From: Promethearchaeota archaeon
GTDB lineage: Archaea; Asgardarchaeota; Lokiarchaeia; Sigyniarchaeales; SOKP01
Length of the DNA: 46,220 nucleotides
NCBI GenBank assembly: GCA_019058015.1
Contig: JAHLWH010000095.1
Coordinates: 1-46,220 of the forward strand
Reading direction: 5' to 3'
The notes beneath the pieces are model-generated. The model was given only the letters and a program-made list of their open reading frames with translations. It searched no databases and had not been told where the DNA came from. The first letter of the stretch is position 1. Every line of letters begins with the position of its first letter. Shown in pieces: positions 40,115-46,220 of the stretch. The translations under genes were made by a program, and so were the position numbers.

Positions 40115-40975
40115 ATGGACAAAATATATGTTGGAACTTCAGGATGGGGCTACTCAGAATGGAAAGGGGTTTTTTATCCTCGTGTATTAGAACCAAATGA
40201 GTATTTATTATATTATTCTGAAATATATTATACAACTGAAATTAATACAACGTTTTATCAAATCCCCCTTCAAAAAACAATCAAGAAATGGGTTAAAAAT
40301 ACACCTGATGATTTTATTTTTTCTGCAAAAATTCCCCGAGACATCACTCATCAATTTAAGTTAAATTTAGATAAATGTTCACCTATATTAAAAAATTTTT
40401 TAGATGTTATTGAACCATTAATTGAATCAAATAAACTTTTGGCGCTTTTATTACAATTACCTCCTTCATTTAACAAAGAAGATAATTTTAAAGATTTAAA
40501 AGATTTTATTGAGTATTGGGATCGTTCAGAAAAGTATGAACGAGTAATCGAATTTAGACATAAATCTTGGATGGATGATGAAATTTTTTCATTTTTAAAA
40601 GAAAATCAAATAACATATTGCGGGGTGATAGAACCACTTTTACCTCCTAGAATGGACATAACAAATAAAAATTTGTTTTATATTAGATTTCATGGATATG
40701 GGACTAAACCATGGTTTAATTATAATTTTTCGAATGCAGAAATTGAAAAATGGGCTAAAGAAATTAAGAAATTAGATGGAAAAGTTAAGCAAATTGGTAT
40801 TTATTTTAATAACCATTTTTCAGGATATGCAGCGAAAAATTCATTAGTTTTTATGAAGGAGCTGAAAATTACTCCCAGAAATCCCCCTGGGAGTATTAAA
40901 TTGACTAAAATTAAAAAAAAATCTGGAGCTATTCCTAAAAGTCAAACAGAATTAGAAAAATTTTTTAAAAAATAA
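40115..40975 (+). CDS. DUF72 (YecE-family) TIM-barrel protein with a C-terminal PIP-box-like motif
   Basis: YVGTSGWGYSEWKGVFYP, TEINTTFY, LLQLPPSF, EFRHKSW, YIRFHG, YFNN. Tail QTELEKFF. Confidence 0.95.
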   Translation: MDKIYVGTSGWGYSEWKGVFYPRVLEPNEYLLYYSEIYYTTEINTTFYQIPLQKTIKKWVKNTPDDFIFSAKIPRDITHQFKLNLDKCSPILKNFLDVIEPLIESNKLLALLLQLPPSFNKEDNFKDLKDFIEYWDRSEKYERVIEFRHKSWMDDEIFSFLKENQITYCGVIEPLLPPRMDITNKNLFYIRFHGYGTKPWFNYNFSNAEIEKWAKEIKKLDGKVKQIGIYFNNHFSGYAAKNSLVFMKELKITPRNPPGSIKLTKIKKKSGAIPKSQTELEKFFKK

Positions 40976-41003
40976 ATTATTAAAGTTGGAAAGACTGTTT
41001 TTC

Positions 41004-42011
41004 ATGGTAAATAGTATTAATATTGGAATTATTGGAGCTGGAGCAATTGGATGTCTTTTTGGGGGGAATATTTCTAAAGTAAAATATAATAATCTCACAA
41101 TAAACGTGTTTTTATATACACGAGAAAGACACAAAAAAGCGATTAGAGATCATGGTTTAATACTTGAACAAGGCGGTAAAAAAGAGAACCTATTAAACCT
41201 AAATGTTTTTACTGAACCAAAATATCCAAATCGTCCAAATATTAATGATAAATTTCCATTTCAGTACCTCTTTTTAACAACTAAAGCTTATGATCTTGAA
41301 TCTGCAATAGATGAATATTGTGAGCTTATAAAAAATTCCAAATATTTTATAATACTTCAAAATGGTATAGGAAACGTTGAAATAGTTAAAAAAAAGTTTT
41401 CCCATCTTAAAATTTTGAGGGCTGTCACAAGTAATGGTGCATTAATGGAAAGAGATGGTTATGTAATTCGTACGGGGGAAGGTATCACCAAAATTGGTTT
41501 TATAAAAACAGAGAATTCGGAAAAAGAAACGGTTAAAATAAATAAAGAAGATAAGAAAAGTCTTGAAACCTTGAAAACAATTTTAAATTTAGCTAATTTA
41601 GAAACAGAAACTGTTGATAATATAGAAAGTGTCTGTTGGGAAAAGATTTTTATCAATGTTGGAATTAATTCATTTGGAGCTTTAACTGGTTTAAGAAATG
41701 GAGACTTGCTTGAAATTAAAGGGTTAAGGGATATTATGGAACAAGCCGTTATAGAAGCAGTGAAAGTCGCTAAGAAAAAGGGAATTGAGCTTGAGGCAAA
41801 AAATTATGTTAAAATTATGTTAGAGGTTGCTAAAAAAACTGCAATGAATAAAAATTCTATGCTTCAGGATATTTTAAGTGGTAAGAATAAAACTGAAATC
41901 TCTTTTATTAATGAAAAAATTGTATCTTATGGAAAGCAATTGGGTGTAGATGTTAGTATTAATGAAGTTGTATCATATTTAATTCATGGATTAGAAAAAG
42001 CTAATGACTAA
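41004..42011 (+). CDS. panE: 2-dehydropantoate 2-reductase
   Basis: IIGAGAIG, TTKAYD, LQNGIG, WEKIFINVGIN, NSMLQD..TEI. Confidence 0.95.
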   Translation: MVNSINIGIIGAGAIGCLFGGNISKVKYNNLTINVFLYTRERHKKAIRDHGLILEQGGKKENLLNLNVFTEPKYPNRPNINDKFPFQYLFLTTKAYDLESAIDEYCELIKNSKYFIILQNGIGNVEIVKKKFSHLKILRAVTSNGALMERDGYVIRTGEGITKIGFIKTENSEKETVKINKEDKKSLETLKTILNLANLETETVDNIESVCWEKIFINVGINSFGALTGLRNGDLLEIKGLRDIMEQAVIEAVKVAKKKGIELEAKNYVKIMLEVAKKTAMNKNSMLQDILSGKNKTEISFINEKIVSYGKQLGVDVSINEVVSYLIHGLEKAND

Positions 42012-42019
42012 ATATTAAT

Positions 42020-42568
42020 TTATTCTTCAATTAAATCTGCTTGAAGGGCCATAAGGTATGCGTTTTCCCCATCTTTGTAATAATTTTTTAATATTTTTTG
42101 TTTTTCAAAATGCAATTTATTCTGATAAAGATTTATGGCTTTAAAGTTAGATAATCTCACTTCAAGAACAAATTCTTGAACATTAAATTTTTTTACTTGA
42201 AGTAAACTTTTTGCTAATAATATCGTTCCGACTCCTCTTCCTTGAAATTTTTTGTCAACTGCTATAGAAACTAAATGACCTTTACTTACAACCTTAAGCC
42301 CAAAATTAGAAATTCCCTTTTCAATACGCCACATAATATATCCTATGATTTTATTTATCTCTCCTTTTAACATAGCTACTAAAAAGGAATTCGAAAATGA
42401 GTCTAAAATACTTTTATAGAAAAAATAAGGATAATTTTCAGGTAATGTCTCCTTATTTATTTTTTCTACTTGATGTATATCATTTATTTGACATGGAACT
42501 ACTTTAAAGAAGTTATCTTCTTTATCGTGATATAATGTGTGTAAATAAAATTTATTATCAATAACCAT
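42020..42568 (-). CDS. ard1: N-terminal acetyltransferase (Ard1/RimI family)
   Basis: TLPENYPYFFY, GHLVSIAV..QGRGVG, LEVRLSN..AINLY, YYKDGENAY. Confidence 0.92.
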   Translation of the reverse strand: MVIDNKFYLHTLYHDKEDNFFKVVPCQINDIHQVEKINKETLPENYPYFFYKSILDSFSNSFLVAMLKGEINKIIGYIMWRIEKGISNFGLKVVSKGHLVSIAVDKKFQGRGVGTILLAKSLLQVKKFNVQEFVLEVRLSNFKAINLYQNKLHFEKQKILKNYYKDGENAYLMALQADLIEE

Positions 42569-42654
42569 ATTCTTAATATATTTAAAGATTTACTAGATAT
42601 AAAATTTTTTTTAAATTTAAATAATGATTTTTTTTTTATTTACATAATATTAGG

Positions 42655-43458
42655 CTAAGATTCTAATATTTTAAAAGCATCTTCTTTTTGTGTTTCTATA
42701 TATTCTTTTATTAAATTTAACATAGTGTAAATATTTTTTTTATTATTAAATTTCAATATTATTTCATTTAATCTTTTTTTGGTATCCTCCTTTAATTTCT
42801 TGGCGATCTCAATCATTTTAGGTACTACTCGGATTATGTTATCTACAATGGTAATATCAGCATTAATGGATGTTCGACTTAATGGATTAAGATCAACTGC
42901 AATCACTTTTTTTCCTAATTTCTTCAATGCTTCTGTTCTATCACCATCTTCCAAGGGAACAAATACCACATCTGCTATTTTTATTCCATTAGGGGCAACT
43001 CTTCTACGATTACTGGTCAATTCTTCGATCTCAACCATTTCTATTTCGTTTATTCCTAAAATTTCTTCTGCACCTGCCTTTACTAACATATTTTTAATCG
43101 CTTCAACTCGTCCTTCTTTTCTATAAAATAAATTTATTTCTAATTTAGAATTGAGTATTTTTGATAATTTAACTAATTCTTTAGAAATCAAGGCTGCTGT
43201 ATTTCCATTCACACTTATAATTGGATGTTTAGCAAGCATTAACATAGCTACAGCAGCATTCATTGCTTTTATCGCCGGTGGATTTGTTTTTTCTCCAAGA
43301 ATGTAATCAAAAGCTTCACCTCTACCATGAGCAATTAATCCTGCTTCTGCAACTACTAAATTTTTCATTCCTATTATTAATTTGTGTCTTTCTCTAAGAG
43401 ATTTTGCACGAGGATGTGAGTCTGGGATGAGGTCAATATTTTCATTTGGTTGGTTCAT
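42655..43458 (-). CDS. pps: 4-phosphopantoate--beta-alanine ligase (phosphopantothenate synthetase)
   Basis: IPDSHPRAKSL, GLIAHGRGEAFDY, ISVNGN, VPLEDGDR, DLNPLSRT. Confidence 0.97.
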   Translation of the reverse strand: MNQPNENIDLIPDSHPRAKSLRERHKLIIGMKNLVVAEAGLIAHGRGEAFDYILGEKTNPPAIKAMNAAVAMLMLAKHPIISVNGNTAALISKELVKLSKILNSKLEINLFYRKEGRVEAIKNMLVKAGAEEILGINEIEMVEIEELTSNRRRVAPNGIKIADVVFVPLEDGDRTEALKKLGKKVIAVDLNPLSRTSINADITIVDNIIRVVPKMIEIAKKLKEDTKKRLNEIILKFNNKKNIYTMLNLIKEYIETQKEDAFKILES

Positions 43459-43524
43459 CTTAAATATAATAAAATATAAAAAAATATTAATTTTATTACA
43501 GATTTTTTTTAGTAAGGTAATTAA

Positions 43525-44796
43525 ATGTCAGAAAGATCAATAAAGAGTCAAGACTTAAAAAAATTTAAGACAAAAAAATTATTAGATTTTTTGCGTAAAA
43601 AGAAAGGATTTCATACTGAATTAATTAGTTTATATATTCCTCACGATAAAAAACTTTCTGATGTTACTAATTATCTTAAAAATGAGGTTGCTGAAAGTCA
43701 AAATATCAAGTCAAAATTAACTCGAAAGAATGTTTTGGATAGCATTGCAAGTTTACAAGGGCAGTTAAAAAATTTTAAAGAAATTCCTGAAAATGGATTA
43801 ATAATATTTTCTGGAGCAATACCACAAGGAAATGCTCCAGGTACGGAAAAAAATGAAATTTATATATTAGAACCTCCTGAAAAAGTTACAATCTTCAAGT
43901 ATCATTGTGCTAGTGAATTTTTTTTAGAACCATTAGAATATATGCTAGAGGAACATGATGTATATGGTTTGATTGTTATAGATAGAGGGGAGGCAGCCGT
44001 TGGATATTTGAAAGGAAGTTATGTGAAGATAATAAAGGATTTTACCTCTGGAACGCATAGTAAACATAGAGCTGGAGGTCAATCATCGGTAAGATTCTCT
44101 CGGCTTATAGAAGAAGGAAAAATAAGATTTATTAGACGCATTGCTAGTTATTGCAACGAAGTTTTTTTAAATATAGATGAATTAAAAGGGATCTTTATAG
44201 GTGGTCCAGGTTTTACAAAAAATGAATTTGTAAAGGATGGGAGTTTAGATTATCGACTAAGAGAAAAAATCATAAATACCGTAGATCTCGGCTATGGTGG
44301 TAAGGAAGGAATAAGACCTTTAGTTTTAAAAATAAAAGATGATATTAAAAATGTAAAATATATACGCGAAAAAGAAATTGTTCAAAAATTTTTAGGGGAA
44401 TTAGCAAGAGAAACAGGTAAGGCAGTTTATGGTAAAGAGGAAATTAGAAAAGCTTTAAATTATGGAGCGTTAGAATATTTAATATTCTCAGAGGATTTAG
44501 ATCTTATTGTTGTAAAAATTGAATGCAAGGCATGTAAATATTCAGAAACAAGAACTGTGAAATTAGAAGAGTTAGTAAAAGTAAGGGAAGAAATTCAAAA
44601 TACATCATGTCCAAAATGCCAATCTAGTTTGTTTAATATTACTAAAGAAGAATCATTAATAGAAGAATTAGGCGAATTGGCTGAGGTTTCGGGAACAAAT
44701 ATTGAAATTATTTCGACAAACACAGAAGATGGAGAGATGGTTCTACACACTTTTGGTGGAGTTGTAGGAATATTAAGATTTATAATTGATTTTTAA
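43525..44796 (+). CDS. prf1: Archaeal peptide chain release factor aRF1
   Basis: TELISLYIP, NIKS, YHC, GGQS, Zn-ribbon minidomain CKAC..CPKC, FGGVVGILRF. Confidence 0.98.
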   Translation: MSERSIKSQDLKKFKTKKLLDFLRKKKGFHTELISLYIPHDKKLSDVTNYLKNEVAESQNIKSKLTRKNVLDSIASLQGQLKNFKEIPENGLIIFSGAIPQGNAPGTEKNEIYILEPPEKVTIFKYHCASEFFLEPLEYMLEEHDVYGLIVIDRGEAAVGYLKGSYVKIIKDFTSGTHSKHRAGGQSSVRFSRLIEEGKIRFIRRIASYCNEVFLNIDELKGIFIGGPGFTKNEFVKDGSLDYRLREKIINTVDLGYGGKEGIRPLVLKIKDDIKNVKYIREKEIVQKFLGELARETGKAVYGKEEIRKALNYGALEYLIFSEDLDLIVVKIECKACKYSETRTVKLEELVKVREEIQNTSCPKCQSSLFNITKEESLIEELGELAEVSGTNIEIISTNTEDGEMVLHTFGGVVGILRFIIDF

Positions 44797-44826
44797 AAAT
44801 ATAATTTTTAAGTCAAATTACAGTAA

Positions 44827-45786
44827 TTACTGATTTAAAATTATCGGTCCACTAGGACATATTTCTAAATCGAAAATTTTAACTTGTGGTTTGTAGGATT
44901 CATATATCTCAACAACATCATTAACTCTTTCAGAATCACATAAAGCAAATATTGATTTTCCTAATTGATTCATACTTGCTTTCACATTTGTCAGCTTATT
45001 GAGAGAATTCATTAAATTCTGACATTCTGAAAGATTTAGACGGTTTAAGAGGTTTGTTTGTTTTACAAAATTAATAGATTCATCCAAAAAAATAAAAATA
45101 TCGGGAGATTTTAATATCCCTTTCATGGCTTTTTTTCCGGCATCTTTTATTTTTAAGCTTAATAAGGGATCTGATAAAATTGATTTTGTCTGTATTTCGC
45201 CAAATGTACCAGAAATTATCTTTAAGTTTTGGGGATAGGGAATTTTTTCTACAAAAAATGGATATCCAGGCTTTAAAATTATACTAAGTCCTCCATGCCA
45301 TAGACCTGCTACAGTACCTAATCCTGTCTTATTCTCTACTTCTGCAATATGGGCAATTTTTCCAAGTTCATCATAGGGAAAATTTAAATCCATAAGAAAA
45401 TTAATCCCTAATGCTGTACCAATAGCTCCTGAACCACTTGCCCCATAACCACAGCCAACAGGAAGATCAAAGTTATGATCGATTCTCATTTTCACTTTTT
45501 TCTTAAAAAATTCCTTTAGGTATAAGAAGATATAGTTTGTAGTCTTTGCATTCTTAGTTTGTTCTTGTCCATTAATGAAAATCTGAACTTTATTCTCCTT
45601 AGAAGTTTCAATATCTTGGATTGAGATTTTTGTATATCCAAATGCTGTAATACAAAAACCCGCTCCTCGAGAACCAATTTTTTCTGGGTTTCCAATTTTG
45701 ATTCCATTAATTTCATCAACGATTTGAAAGAAACCAGAAATTCTGTGAGGTACTTTTATTAAAATTTCAGAACTATTTAATGACAT
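44827..45786 (-). CDS. pok: Pantoate kinase (GHMP family)
   Basis: VPHRISGFF, GSRGAG, PVGCGYGASG, AHIAEVENKTGLGTV, ASMNQLG. Confidence 0.95.
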   Translation of the reverse strand: MSLNSSEILIKVPHRISGFFQIVDEINGIKIGNPEKIGSRGAGFCITAFGYTKISIQDIETSKENKVQIFINGQEQTKNAKTTNYIFLYLKEFFKKKVKMRIDHNFDLPVGCGYGASGSGAIGTALGINFLMDLNFPYDELGKIAHIAEVENKTGLGTVAGLWHGGLSIILKPGYPFFVEKIPYPQNLKIISGTFGEIQTKSILSDPLLSLKIKDAGKKAMKGILKSPDIFIFLDESINFVKQTNLLNRLNLSECQNLMNSLNKLTNVKASMNQLGKSIFALCDSERVNDVVEIYESYKPQVKIFDLEICPSGPIILNQ

Positions 45787-45860
45787 AGAAAGCTTTTTTT
45801 GTATATTAATTAAATATTATTACAAGGTTTTAATAATCTAAATAAGTTATTGTGAAATTT

Positions 45861-46220
45861 ATGTCTCTTAAAAGAGTTATAAAATTTGGAGGATCCCTTT
45901 TATTTGAAGGAGAGAAGATTAATTCGATTAAAATCAAAAAATTTTGTGAATTAATTAAACCTAGAGAGGGCATTTTGGCCATTGTCTGCGGGGGGGGAAT
46001 TATAGCTAGAAAATATATTCAAACACTCAGGGAATTTGGCGTAAATGAATCGAAATGTGATATGATGGGTATTTATATATCAAGGTTAAATGCTAGATTG
46101 ATAATTGAAGGACTGGGAAATGCATCTTTTCCTATAGTATTAGAAACTATAGAAGATTTGGCAAAAAATAAGTTATTTAAAAAAATTTTAGTGCTTGGTG
46201 GATTACAACCGGGTCAATCT
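45861..46220 (+). CDS. pyrH: UMP kinase (runs off the window end; not in the ORF track)
   Basis: MSLKRVIKFGGS..IVCGGGIIARKYI..DMMGI..SRLNA..VLGGLQPGQS. Confidence 0.93.
   Translation, partial: MSLKRVIKFGGSLLFEGEKINSIKIKKFCELIKPREGILAIVCGGGIIARKYIQTLREFGVNESKCDMMGIYISRLNARLIIEGLGNASFPIVLETIEDLAKNKLFKKILVLGGLQPGQS

Overview
AT-rich archaeal chromosomal segment, most likely Asgard (Lokiarchaeia-like). Supporting evidence: a roadblock-Rab GTPase fusion, an OST5/TMEM258-like protein, and a stand-alone 23S rRNA with enlarged ES9 and ES39. The first ~3.6 kb is a decaying accessory patch of three disrupted genes. The rest is core: nrdD, nac-PUA-pan-mbf1-tfe, trmJ, rpoH-rpoB (no rpoA following), cbf5, thiL, three tRNAs, a glycyl-radical enzyme, a PolD (DP2/DP1)-SWIM-cdc6 replication cluster with a probable oriC, carS, 23S rRNA, and CoA genes (panE, pps, pok) interleaved with ard1, aRF1 and pyrH. 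The most striking signal missed by the ORF track is a set of bulge-helix-bulge (BHB) splicing substrates: two ORF-less 30-31 nt introns inside the 23S rRNA, two 25 nt tRNA introns at non-canonical positions, and a perfect BHB processing stem. All calls come from reading the sequence by eye; no database searches were run.
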